Positions 1-12,128 of a DNA stretch of 64,000 nt are shown here, piece after piece. A model generated the notes under the pieces. That model made no database searches, was not told where the DNA came from, and worked only from the letters and a program-made list of their open reading frames with translations. The stretch covers positions 118,546,001 through 118,610,000 of the forward strand of contig NC_087437.1 of NCBI RefSeq assembly GCF_036321535.1, given 5' to 3'. Source of the stretch: Camelus dromedarius. Lineage: Eukaryota. The translations under genes were made by a program, and so were the position numbers. Numbering within the stretch: position 1 is the first letter of the stretch; each line of letters opens with the position of its first letter.

Positions 1-2099
1 ACCACTGGAGGCTAAGGAATGACAGGATGTGGGGGGACGGGATGGTAACCGTGAGAGGGAGGGAGGTGGGAAGGAATGAAGGGGACAGAGGGCACAGAGG
101 TTCCCTGGGCGAGAGAGGGGCCCTCCCCAGCCCCTGATGGTTACCGCTGTCCTTGCTCCAAAGACTGGCCTCCAGCTGAGCAGGGCACCCCTGGACAGAG
201 GACAGGAGCATCCGGACCCCTGATGCAGTGAAGGTCCCGAAACATGAGTTCTGAGACACTGGTCCCACCTCAGGGGACAGTCAAGCCATTAGGTCTAAGT
301 CCTGAGACCAGGTGTTCACCCATCTTGCTTCCTGATCTTCGAGACCGCAGCTGCCAAAACCTGTCCTCGTTCTCACTTCTGCTTTCCATGGATGTGACTG
401 TGCTAGATGAATGCAGTTACAGTGTCATCTTTATGTCCTGGAGCACCTCACCAGGGCAGGGTCATGAAGCAGGTGCCATCTGGGAAGGAGGCAGTTCCAA
501 GAGCTGGTGACTTTTGGATGCATTCCTGGGGAAGGGGCAGAGAGGGCTGCTAGGGGTTCCCAAGGAAGGGTGTGTGTCGGGGGGTGCTGTCTCTTCTGAA
601 CACACCGCCATTCTTATCCTCCCTCGTGGCCCTGCTGAGCTGGGCGGTCACAGCCCTGGGCCATTAGCGTGATAAAACTGGTATTTCCAGACGGCTCTGG
701 GCCGGGAGCTACACCAGGCGCGTGAGGCCTCTGGGAGCAGGGTGTGCGGGCCCTGGCCCAGGGCCCTCACTGCTACAGACTGTGCTCCCGACGGCCTGAG
801 GGCTGTCCGCTCCCCGCTGGCTGGTCTGGAAGTCCGGCTCCTCGGGAGCTGGTCTCTGAGGACAGAGACGGACCTTGCCAGCCCTGACAGTGGGGATCCT
901 GGGAGGTCACCGCTTGGAGTAAAAAGTAAACAGGCAGCTCAGTAAAAGACGCGGTGTCTTCAAGGCAAGTCCATCCTCGTTCTCCAGGGTTTGCTTCCTC
1001 GGCCACTTGCTTCTGGGAACTTGCTCGTCTGAAAACACGCCCTCCCAGCTGTTCCTGGAAAACAAAGGAGGGAGACGTAGGAAAAACCCTTTCATCACCT
1101 GGTACAGGGCTTCACATGGACGCAGATGGGGGGAGGTCAAAGCGGGGCTTGTGGTAGTGAACAAAGAGGGATTCAGCCAGCCCGCGGAAAGCCGGGCCCG
1201 CAGCAGACGGGCCGACCTACGCCTGTGTTTTGGTTTTTTTTCTAAAACATTTCTAGCCAGGGGGGCAAAAATGTGATTCAGGGAGAGGAAAAATCAACCA
1301 GGGACTGAACAAACGTATTCAAACTAATCTGAAACCTACATCCATATTTTTAAAAGGAGCCCCAGGCACAGCCACCTGCCCACCCAGCAGGGGACCCCGG
1401 GGAACGTGAGCATTTGACACCAGAGAGATTCCCAAGAGGGACCTGACTGTAAACTCACTTGAACTGTTTTCAACTGTTTCTTCCGTTGTGAAAGCGGATG
1501 GCAGATGAGACCGAGGCCTACCCTTCTGCCCAGAAGACCAAACCTACAGGCTTAAGAGAAAGCACTGACAATGGGTGAGATCTGCCAAGCTGGCCGGCTC
1601 CTCCAAACCCCTGCCTAGCAAAGAGAAGTGTTTGCAGACAAAATGTGCTCCCAGGTGCATACATTCCTATTACAGGCAGATTCATCTTGGATAAGAAACT
1701 CTGTTAATTGTCCTCCAACACAGGGCATTTCATGCGAGTTCCCTGACAGAGCTGCTGTTGCTGGAAGAGGGTCTATGGAATGGGACAGGGAGTGGGGCCC
1801 AGATTGGGGGTGGGAGGGGGGACAGAACCCTTCCTTTGCAGGCAAATCCCAGCTTCTCAGGTAAGTGACTACCCCCAGGAGACCCTGCACTTCCCCCAAA
1901 ATTAGGACCCCAATGCCTGGAGAAGTTCTGAGCAACCCAGCTCTGCTGATGACCTGGGTAGATGAGCCCTTCTTTTATTCTAGAGGAGCCAGTCCTAGTC
2001 AGAGTGCTGGGCAGGGCCGGACAAACCTGCACCCATGTGCTGGGAGCACCGGCCCTGGCGCTTGTGGCTTATAAGCCATCAAGAGATAGTCTGTTTGCT

Positions 2100-2226
2100 T
2101 GTGTGCGTGGTGTGTGCGTGCTGTGGGGGGTGTGTGCACGGTGCAGCATGTGATGAGGTGTGTGGTGTGGTATGTGATATGGTATATGGTGTGTGGTGTG
2201 GTGTATAATGTGTGTGGCGTGTGTGA
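2100..2226. repeat. Degenerate (TG)n/(TGTGG)n low-complexity tract
   Basis: gtgtgcgtggtgtgtgcgtg...gtgtggtgtggtgtataatgtgtgtggcgtgtgtg. Confidence 0.85.
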
Positions 2227-2719
2227 TGATGGAGGGCGGGGGTCACGGTGAACTGGGGTGGTCAGGAAGCCCTCTGAGTGCCTAAGGACTTGCTGGTGCT
2301 TCGCAAACAGGGGGGTGGACAGAGCCGTGTTTGAACTGCTGTGGGGAAAGCACGCCCAGGTCACTCTCAGCACCAGGTGGAGGGCTGTGAGTCTCGCCGG
2401 CTGGTCACTGAGCCCAGGTCTCATCCCCTGTGAGACACGGTGACAGGAGAGTGAGGACGCGTGTAGAGCTCCTGTCACGCAGTAAGAGTGCCTGAGAGTA
2501 GCTAGTGAAGCCCTTAATGGTATTTTTATTTTAATATTGTAAAACATTCATGCAGTAAAATATTTCACTCAGGCACTGGAATAATCTATTCTTCTTCTCC
2601 TCTAGATAACAAGGCCCTGGTGCTTCCTTTAGGTTTGTATAGGATTTTACATTTTGCAAAATACTCTCAAATGAAAAATCGTCTCACACCAATTACCTAC
2701 CCTCCACTTCCTCTGCAGG

Positions 2720-2890
2720 CTACTTACTTAAACTTCTTGCACTTCAGTTTCCTCTTCTGTCCATGGTTTATAAATGACTTAATAAAAATAGAGTATCTAC
2801 AACTGTGTACACAGTAAGTGCAATATAAATGTTTCATAAAAGTAGATCATCCACACCTGTGTATACAGTGAGTGCCCAATAAATGTTAGC
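2720..2890 (+). mobile_element. MIR SINE remnant with a duplicated 3' segment
   Basis: ttacttaaacttcttgcacttcagtttcctcttctgt resembles the MIR core; the acagtaagtgc..aataaatgtt tail occurs twice. Confidence 0.55.
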
Positions 2891-3359
2891 CAGCCTCCCA
2901 AGCTGGTCTGCATTGGGCAGGTTCTCTGCTCTGCCTCAGGTGCTTGGTCCTGAGGGTCCAGGGTCAGTCATTCTGGTTGATAGAAGACATCCATGAAGGT
3001 GAACCTGGGAAAGTGAGAAGTTAAAAAGAAAGAAGGATTGAGGGAGGAAGAGAGATAGAGAAAGAAAGAAAGAGAGAAAGAGAGGGGGCCAGCCAGGCCA
3101 TGTACCATAAATGGGAAAGATAATCAGACCAGGGATGGACCCAAGTACCAGGTAGTATGTTTCCATTTTCCTCTTTGATTTCCTTCCCAACAGAATCTCC
3201 AAGCATTCAGAAGCTGGGGCCAAATCCAGCATCTCTCTGTGTTCTCTCTGGCCGGCAGTAGAGTTGAAAACCATCTACTATGAATGTCCATACCCAGGTC
3301 TGCTCACATTAACAATATTTTCAGAGTTTATGTATCTTAACTCCAAAACAACACAATGA

Positions 3360-3994
3360 AGTATTTTTCCACTATAGTATAGTTGATTTATGATACTACA
3401 TTAATTTCAGGTGTACAACATAGTGATTCAAAATTTTTATAGATTATATTTCATTAAAAGTTGTAATAAAATATTGGCTACATTCCCTGTGCTGTGTAAT
3501 ATATCCTTGTAGCTCATTTATTTCATGCATAGTAATCTGTATCTATTAATCCCCTGCCCCCCTTTTGCTCCCCCTCCCTTCCCTCTCCCCACTGGTAACC
3601 ACTAATTTGTTCTCTTTATCTGTGAGTTGTTTGTTTTGCTATATTCATTTGTTTTATCATTTAGATTCCACATGTAAGTGGTAAGATTCAGTATTTGTCT
3701 CTCTCTGTCTGACTTACTTCACTAAGCGTAATATCCTCTAGGTCCATCCATGTTGTTGCAAATGGCAGAATTTCATTCTTTTTCATGGCTGAGTAATATT
3801 CCATCATATATATATTTATTGCAAGGATGGGTTCGATATCCTCAAATCAATCAACATGATACAATGCATTAATAAAAGGAAAGATAAAAATCACATGATT
3901 ATCTGTATAGAAATAGAAAAAGCATTTGACAAAATTCAACATCCATTCATGATAAAAAGTCTCATCAGAGTTGGTGTACAGGGAACATACATAT
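3360..3994 (-). mobile_element. L1 insertion: 3' UTR on - strand (3360-~3818) joined to an inverted ORF2 RT fragment on + strand (~3820-3990)
   Basis: L1 3' end (tttcaggtgtacaacatagtgattca...ggctgagtaatattcc). The + strand piece resembles L1 RT (..[26 protein letters not shown]..). Flanking direct repeat CACAATGA at 3352-3359 and 3995-4002. Confidence 0.85.
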
Positions 3995-4724
3995 CACAAT
4001 GACTTTTTAAAAAGACATTTTAGCACAAAACTGTATAATATGGGAAATAGGAAATCAATAAATGGACTTACAAGAACTGACCCTTAAAAAACTGTTTAAC
4101 ATACATTTTTTCTGTGAATCAGCTGGATTCACCTAAACATATGTAGGAGGTGTTACATATATCCTAAATAAGTAGTGACAAAAATAATTAAAAAAAAAAA
4201 CTCTGCCATCAATCTTTTGCCAAAAATTAGAAGCTTCAGTGCCCACTCACTTGAAAATGACTTAAAGCCTCATGACATTATTTTTAATGAAAGTTTTATT
4301 TACTGGGTATTCTTGTTAACATCTGAAGAAGCCAAACAAGAATTTTGGGGTCCTTAGTTTGTTCTTCTAGCCTTTCCTTGATAGAGTTTCTTTTGGTTGG
4401 TACCCGGAGTGTCTCCTGCCCAGGAGAAAATGAAGAGTGGATTCTAACCACGTGTCTTGGGTCCAAGGCACTGCCATTTCCATAGCTTAATAAACAGTTC
4501 AGCTCCTACAAACCACCATAGCCTCCCACTCAAGAGAGCAACATCCCTGGGCTCTAGAGTGGCCAGCAGGGCTGAGGTAACCCCAGCAGTGCCCTGAGTG
4601 CAGCGCAAGGTGGCAGGAGCCACATCTGCCAGGAGAACTTTTAAGGGTACCCAGGCTGCAAGACATCCTGGGACTCTAGGAAGTAAGAGGGTCCCTGGGG
4701 GTAATCTTGGGACCCCCTTCGATT

Positions 4725-5840
4725 CCTTCCTTCCTTCAACAAATATACACTAAGTACTTAGAGTGTGCCACCCTCTGTCCTAGGCATTTGGGATGTGTCA
4801 ACAAACAGAACAGGCAAAGACTTCCGCCCACATGAAGTTTATGTCCTGTGGGAGGGAGATATGCAGGGAGAGAGACAGTGAGAAGTAAAGAGCAAACAGA
4901 ATGAGTGATTCACTTGTCTGGTTGGTTATAAAGTGACAAGAGCTCTGGAGGGAAAGAAAGAAGGAGGAAGGAAGGAAGGAAGGAAGGAAGGAAGGAAGGA
5001 AGGAAGGAAGGAAGGAAGGGGAAAGGGACAGGAAGGAAGACTGGAAAACAAGGAAGCAGAGGAGGACGAGGGTCAGCCAGCACCTGGGCAGCTGGGGAGC
5101 AGGGGCTGGCTGTGAAGGGACAGAGAGAGGTAACCTCTGAGCAAGGGCTTGAAGTAGGGGAGGGATGCAGTGTGGAGACGTCCAGAGGGAGAACATTCCA
5201 GAGGGAACAGCCAGTAAAGGGGCCCTAAAGGCGCAGGGCACTTGAACATTTGCTGAAATAGCAGTGAGGCTGGATGCCTGGGAGTTTGGGGAGGAGGGGC
5301 TGTGGAGACCCTAGGGGGCCTGTGAGACTTGGGTCCTTGGGAACCACTGCAGAGGTTTGAACAGAGGAGCGACACAATGTGGCATATTTTACCAGGACCC
5401 CTGCGGCAGCTGGGCAGAGAACAGACCATGAGGGGCAGGAGCAACAGCCAGGAGACTAGCTGGAAGGCTCGGGCAGGTGGGAGATGACGGTGGCTAGGAG
5501 CAGGTGGCAGTGAAGGAATAAGAAGTGGGTGGTCAGTTTCTTGTGAATTTTGAAGGTGGAGTCAGATGATTCTTGATGAATAGACATTGGGTGTGAGAGA
5601 AATAAAAGCAAGGATGCTGAGGCTGTAAACTGACATGATATTTCAAGCCACAGTTCTGGGTGAGACCCTTCATGGCACAGGAGAGGACCAAGAACTGCAC
5701 CCTGGGATCTCCAACACTAAAGGGTTGAGAAGAGAGGGACCGGGATCTGTGGAGAGACCAGCAAGAATAGAGGAAAACCAGGGGAGAGGGGTGACAGTCA
5801 GGAAAAAAGAGAATGAATGTCGAATGGTCAGCCCTGAATC
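4725..5840 (-). mobile_element. L2 LINE 3' remnant, interrupted by a GGAA repeat
   Basis: tccttcaacaaatatacactaagtactt...ctaggcatttggga is the reverse complement of an L2 3' end; G-rich L2 body motifs follow (gagggaacagccagtaaaggggccct, ggaaccactgcagaggtttgaacagaggag). Confidence 0.7.
4966..5017 (+). repeat. (GGAA)13 microsatellite
   Basis: Perfect tetranucleotide run, counted from the sequence. Confidence 0.95.
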
Positions 5841-6355
5841 ACGCCCTGCCAAGGACCCAGGCCAGAAGGGAACTGAGCTCACCAACTCCATTCTGGGGCT
5901 CGGAGCCAAAGATTACTTTCACACCTTGATTGTCCTTCTGTGGGTTGTGCAAGCTCGTCCACTTGGTTCACACTTGGCTTCCGTCAAGGAACTCCATCAA
6001 GTTCAATGTCCAATGTCGTGAAAACAGGTCTCAAGGCTAGGTGCTTATTTACTCAGCCTTGAGCTTTGAGCAAGTACAAAATGCCCAGCCCAAGGTTATT
6101 CCAAAGAGCTAGTAAAAGAACCCCACTGCAGCCATCAGACTCCCAGGCAGAAAGAAAGGCAAGCTCACCACCCCCATTCATAAACAGAAAACCGCCAGCC
6201 TTCAGGACCTGATACGGTCGGGCTGTTTTCACTTCATGGGGGAAGCTGTTCTGCTCTGTGCCCTTGTAAACTGCAGAGACATTAGAGTACTTTCTTCCGA
6301 AACTAGATAAAAACTTCATTCATCCAAGCTTCACTTAGATGGAAATAATCTAGAG

Positions 6356-7213
6356 GGTTTTTTTAAATGTAAAATGCAAATTTTTATTTTTTACTTACTT
6401 TTATTGAAGTATGGTTGATTTACAGTGTTGTGTTAGTTTCAGGTGTACGGCAGTGATTCAGTTACAAGCATATATATACATATGTTTTCTTTTTCAGATT
6501 CTTTTCCATTACAGGTTAATACAAGATATTGAATGTAGTTCCCTGTGCTATATAGTCTTCGCTGTTTATCTATTTTATATGTAGTGGTATGTATAGATTA
6601 ATCGCAAACTCCTAATTTATCCCCCGCACCCTTTTCCCCTTTGATAACTATAGTTTGTTTTCTGTGTCTGTGAGTCTGTTTCAGTCTTGCAAGTAAGTTC
6701 ATTTGTATCGTCTTTTTAGATTCCATATATAAGTGGTATCATATGGTATTTTTCTTTCTCTTTCTGGCTGACTTCACTTAGTATGACAATCTTCAGGTCC
6801 ATCCATGTTGCTGCAAATGGCATTATCTTATTCTTTTTTACAGCTGAGTAGTATTCCATCATATGTATGTGTGTGTGTGTATATACACCCCCCCCCCATC
6901 TTCTTTATTCGGTCATCTGTCAATGGACATATAAGTTGCTTCCACATCTTGGCTATTATAAATAGTGCTGCTATGAACATTGGGGTGCATGTATCTTTTT
7001 GAGTAGAGTCTCAAAGTCTCATTTAAAACTCTACAAATAATAAATGCTGGAAAGGCTGTGGAGGAAAGGGAATCCTCCTACTCTGTGGATGCAAATGTAC
7101 CTTGATGCAGCCACTATGGAGACTCCTTTAAAAAATAAAAATAGACTTACCACATGATCCAGCAGTCCCACTCCTGGGCAGATATCCAGAGAACACTCTA
7201 ACTCAAAAGGATG
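6356..7213 (-). mobile_element. 5'-inverted L1 insertion: 3' end on - strand (to ~7010) plus inverted ORF2 C-terminal fragment on + strand (~7024-7213)
   Basis: ttttattgaagtatggttgatttacagtgttgtgttagtttcaggtgtac is an L1 3' end. The + piece resembles the ORF2 Cys-rich end (NNKCWKGCGG..., atgatccagcagtcccactcctgggc). Candidate TSD TAATCTA(G/A)AG at 6346-6355 and 7214-7223. Confidence 0.85.
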
Positions 7214-7299
7214 TAATCTAAAGATATTGATGGAGGAAAAGCCTAGGCAAATATATTGCCTTCAAATTCTTCCTGAAGTTATGCAATGGACATGTTACT

Positions 7300-7482
7300 C
7301 CAGTCTGGGGTCCAACATCTTCTCCACCTTCTATGGGGCAAGTTCCTTAACTTGTCCAGGTCTCAGCTGCCTCACCTGTAAACTGGGGATGACAATGCTC
7401 ACTGCCCACCATTGCTTAGGGATCAAGTGATATAAAGTGTGCAAGAACCTGGCATACGGCAGCTGATCAATAGTAACTATTA
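7300..7482 (+). mobile_element. MIR SINE
   Basis: ggcaagttccttaacttgtccaggtctcagctgcctcacctgtaaactggggatgacaat resembles the MIR core. Confidence 0.7.
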
Positions 7483-8279
7483 TAACGGTGATTGTCTGAC
7501 TTTAAACACTTCCCAAGAAGATAAATTTCACCAGCATTCTCATCCCCCAAGCCCCCAAGAAGCCCCAAAGTCCAGTCCTGACAGCACTGGGTCCACCCTC
7601 CCTGACCAAAACCCCCACTGCTCGGAGTGACTCTTATGGGAGGGTTGCCCAGGTGAGACGCCTGGTGCCCCACTGTTCGGGAGAGGCCCATCTGGACCTT
7701 CTCCCCTCTTCATATGGGGCAGCAGGACCCTTCTCGGGAGTTTGGGTGGCTGGAGGGAGCTCCTGAAGGCAGTGTAGGCTTGTGATTCAAATACCAGGTC
7801 TGTGGTTTAAGAGCTGATGGTTGCCATCTCACTGTGTACACAGGTCAATGCCCTGTTCTTTGCCCCGAGGGAGTTTCATGTGTGACTTTCTTTTTCAGGT
7901 GCTTTCTTATTGACTCTGGACTCAGCCCCCACCCACCTGAGACTGACAGGCTCCAGTCTCCCAGATAAAACTGAACAAACTCACCCTCCAAACCCAAGCC
8001 AAGCCAAGCCAGGGTCAGCCCCGCCATCTCCACCTGCATGGCTCACTCAGGGTCAGGGCACCCTGCCCACCTGCCCCAGGTCTTGAGAAGGTGTTTCCTC
8101 CACAGGACTCCACAGGGGCCCAGGTTTGTCACCTGGTGGGGAGTGTCAGTGTTCCAGACCCAGATTGTACACGAAAGGGTTTCTGGTAAGATTTTATAGT
8201 GGCAGAGCTAAAGCTCTAGGTTTTAAACTTTTTAAAACTTGAGTATGGTTGAACCTGTATTTTCCTATCACCATCAACA

Positions 8280-8480
8280 ATAATAATTGTTATTAATTAA
8301 AATCAAAGCTAGCGACTGTGAAGCGATTAAAATGTGCCAGCCAGCTCTGTGTGAGGTGCGGCGTGTCTTGCGGGTTAATTTCACCATGTTCAGTGAAGTG
8401 AGTTTTCGCTCCCATTTCACAGACAAGGAAGGTAGAGTTGTGTGAGGCGTGATACAGCAGGTGAGCCTGGCGTCAGGACT
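8280..8480 (-). mobile_element. MIR SINE
   Basis: cccatttcacagacaaggaa is the reverse-strand MIR core, preceded by aatgtgccag. Confidence 0.55.
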
Positions 8481-11400
8481 CAGTCCTTGCTGTGGGACCC
8501 AGGGCGCCTCCCTTCCCTCCTCAAAGAACCCTCCCTACACCCCTCGCCTTCATCCTGGTCCAGCCCCCCCTCACCCAGCAAGACCCCTCCCCCTCCCCCT
8601 CACTCCCTCTCCCCACCCACTGAAGGAGCCTGGTGATGTAATCAGGACTTCAGGTTCTCGGCGGTGAAGTGGTTTTATTTTTTCATATCAGACCTCCTTA
8701 GCTTCAAGAATCCTTTCTTTTTCAACAACTGCATTAAGCCTTTCAGTCATGTTCTCAACCACTGTTCAGATTCAAACTCTAAGTTTCTTTGTATCATTGG
8801 TCACTGTTTCTTATATACCATACCTTCCTTTTCTTGAATTCCTCCTTCTAATTCTTTTTTTTTTCCCATTTGGTGGGCGGATTTCATCAGTAAGAACTTT
8901 TTCAGAAGCAGCACATGAAAGTACACTGCCCTCCCCCATTCCCTCCCAGGGGGAAGAGGACCCTGGGACCCGTCCCGTTTCCCTCGGTTGGGTTGTTCCA
9001 CCGCCATTCAGTCTCCTGGAGACACCCCCCATTCCCAGCGGACACGCAGTTTAAACAACACTCTCTTTGTCCTTGGAATTCCCAAGTGTCCTTTCCAGTA
9101 ATCCCACCCAGCACGTGGTGAGGACTTTTGATCTGACATCTTTAGCTCAAGGAAAGTCTGTTTCTTTGGCCGTGATTTCGCCTGCACTATTTCAGATCTT
9201 CCTTCCTGGAACCTAGACCCCCTTCCCCACGAATCTGTCCTTTCAGGGCCCCCACCTCTTTGTCTCTGCCCTGGGCCTGCACCCGTTGCTTGAATTACAC
9301 TGAGCTGTTCATTTCTCACCCCCGAGTCCAGCTCTGCCCCTCCTGCCATTTCCTGCCTCTATGAGTTTTCCTTTTCTTCTCAAAAATTATGTGTTTTATC
9401 TCCGAGGATTCTTTTTTGAGCTCCAATTGCCTTTTTTTTTCTTTTACAGTAAAAGCTCTTATTTCTTTCCTATAATAGCTTCTGAAATTTCCCCAAGGAA
9501 AAGAAATATGAGAATTCTGTGTTAAGTCCTCCACTGCTCTCCCCGCTAGTGGCTCTCCTTAAGCTGCCGGTTCTCCTCGTGTGTCTGAGAACTTCTTGTT
9601 GCCTGCACGTATTCAGAAGTAAAAGCTAAGACTGAAGGATCCTGGAAGCTAGTGTGGGAATCTCTCTGTAACTAATGTAGTGAGAGTCTTTGGGAGAGAG
9701 GAGGGGATGGGCTGGGGGCTGGGGGCTGGGGGCCAGCAGGCAGGTTTCCTCTTGGGGATGGTGCGGAGGCAGGATGGGGGCAGGTGGCCACAGCTAAGAA
9801 CAGTGAGCAGGAGTGGTGCCATTTTGAGCTGGGAGTGGGATGTGGGGGCTGCCCAGGGGTCCTTGAGTCCACAGGCAACAGCTGGGCAGTCACTCTGCGT
9901 GTGGGATTTCTGAGATTTTTGATGAGTCCTCCTACAACTGCTCCAGGTTCGCCCACTCGCCCTTCCAGCCTCTCTCTGCTGGTGGGATTTTACTGGTGTC
10001 AGGAAGAGGGCCCAGAGGCTCGCAGCAGGGGCCAGGCATGCGCGGACTTTCCCCTGCTGCCTGGGGCCCTGCTCCCACCTCTTTTACAAGGGCACCCTAC
10101 AGGCAACTGCAGCCTGCTGGGGCCCTGCTGTCTGTTAAGGACCCTGCCAGGCCGGATGTCCCACATTACAGAGCAGGACAGGGGCACATCTGAGGTCTGG
10201 TGCCGCAGTCAGCTACTTTTTGGAGACAAGGGCCTCTCTGATTATTTGCCTCTTGATCTCCTTTGCCTTCAGTCCTCCAGCCCCACCCAGACATCCCACG
10301 TGGGCCGCTGCACCTTGAGCTTGAGCAGGGAGGGCAGTGGGGAGGGGGTTCTGTGCCCTGAGCTCAAGGGACAGGGTGGTTTCCGAGGCCCACGTTGCTT
10401 CTTCCTCCAGAGTGAAATGAAGCTGATCCTATCTGAACCAAACAGCAGGGGTTCTGAAGCCCCACTGGGCGCAGGACTCTCCTGGGAGGGGGAGGGGCGG
10501 CCGAAGCAGAGCCCTAGGCACCCCCACCCCCACTGCAGTCTGATCCACACCTTCTCCTGCCCTTTCCTCCGTATTCCTTCTCCTTCACTCCCTCCCATCA
10601 TGCTTTACTTTCTTCCTCCCACAAACCCATAAATCCGCACAAAGGACAGTCCCATTCTCTAAACGGCCCCTGTCGGAGCAGATGCTTCTGCAGGCGCTAG
10701 CTTGAATTTGTCTTCTCCAGACTTCTACCAGGAAAAGGAAGCGATTAAGACTTTCAGACAGTGACCAAAATAAATACAGCACATTAAAGAAGACACTGGT
10801 GCAGCGAATGAATAGGTCTGTGGCCGGCAACCCACTTCTGATTTCACCACCCAAGGACACTGCCTCCGTTGGCACTAATATTAGTTGATTCTGATGATGT
10901 AAAAGTTGCTGAAGGCGAGAGAGCTGTGAAAGGATGCTGAATGTGGTGAAGATTCCACTCTCTTCCCTGTGTGATCACAACCAAATGATGTTCAGTCTCT
11001 CAAATGAGAAATGGAAACCTTCCCTAATGCGACAGGAAAGACAGGGCAGCTGAGGAACCCACCTAGGGGGTGGGGCAGGGGAGGTCATCCCGAACACGCC
11101 CTAGGAACCAAGAGACAGGAAGGACCGCGGTAGAGATGGGCAACCCCAAAATCCCAGATGTACGCAGCCAAGGGGTCACAGTCTTAAAATCTAAGACAAC
11201 ATTTTCAGGGAAGGTAAACTAACATCTATTGAGTAACTACTATGTAGCAAGTACTTTCCACAAGTCACATCCTATTTCTCTGACTCTATTCATAAGATCA
11301 GAGCTGGTAAGTTCTGCACCCCAACCACTATTCATGCACCACTAAGGAAAACAAAGTTACCATTAAACAGTGATGTGATACTTTCTTATCTCTTAGGTGC

Positions 11401-11625
11401 TTTGTATTATGCCTATGAAAGAGGTTTTCAGCCCAATGTGGGTATTCCTGTGCAAACATAAAATAAAGGTGAAATAAACTGGTAACTTATTCTTAGATTT
11501 TTCCACACTCCAGCAAACTCTCCTGAATCATTTTTGGACTCACAGTCATCAATGTCTGTGTTTTCCCTACAGTATCGTTCTCTGGGCCGTTAAGGTATGA
11601 GGGGATACAGTTTCCTAGGAGGGGT

Positions 11626-12128
11626 GTATTAGATTCCTATTGCTGCTGTAACAAACTACTGCAAACTTGGTGGCTTAAAACAGCATGAATGTTATTATCT
11701 TACACTTCTATGGGTCAGAGTCTGACTTGGGTCTCACTGAGCTAAAATCAGGGTACCAACAGGGCTGTTTTCCTTTCTGGTACTTACAGGGGAGAGTTTG
11801 TTTCCTTGCCTTTATAAGTTTCTCAGGTCACCTGAATTCCTTGGCTTGCGGTCCCCTTCCTCCCTCTTGCAGGCTAGCAACACTGCCTCTCTCTGACAGT
11901 TCTTCTGTAACCACGGCTCCTTCTGAGCACAGCTGGGAAAGGTTCTCTGATTTTAAGGATGCGCATCATTAGATTGGGCCCCTCCTGGATAACCCAGGCT
12001 GCTCTCTCAAGCTCAAGGGCATTCATTTAATCACAGCTGCAAAATCCCTTCCGCTATGTAAGGTAATGTATTCACAGGTTCCAGGCACGAGGACATGGAC
12101 ATCTTTAGGGGAGCACATACTGCCACCA
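11626..12128 (-). mobile_element. MaLR solo LTR (MLT1-type)
   Basis: tgtattagattcctattgctgctgtaacaaactactgcaaacttggtggcttaaaaca...tcacaggttccaggcacgaggacatggacatctttagggg are typical MLT1 termini. Confidence 0.85.

Noticed and set aside
9784..10632. 282-aa ORF upstream of BACE2
   Set aside because: GTG start, no recognisable family, composition typical of random GC-rich sequence, no supporting exon structure seen.
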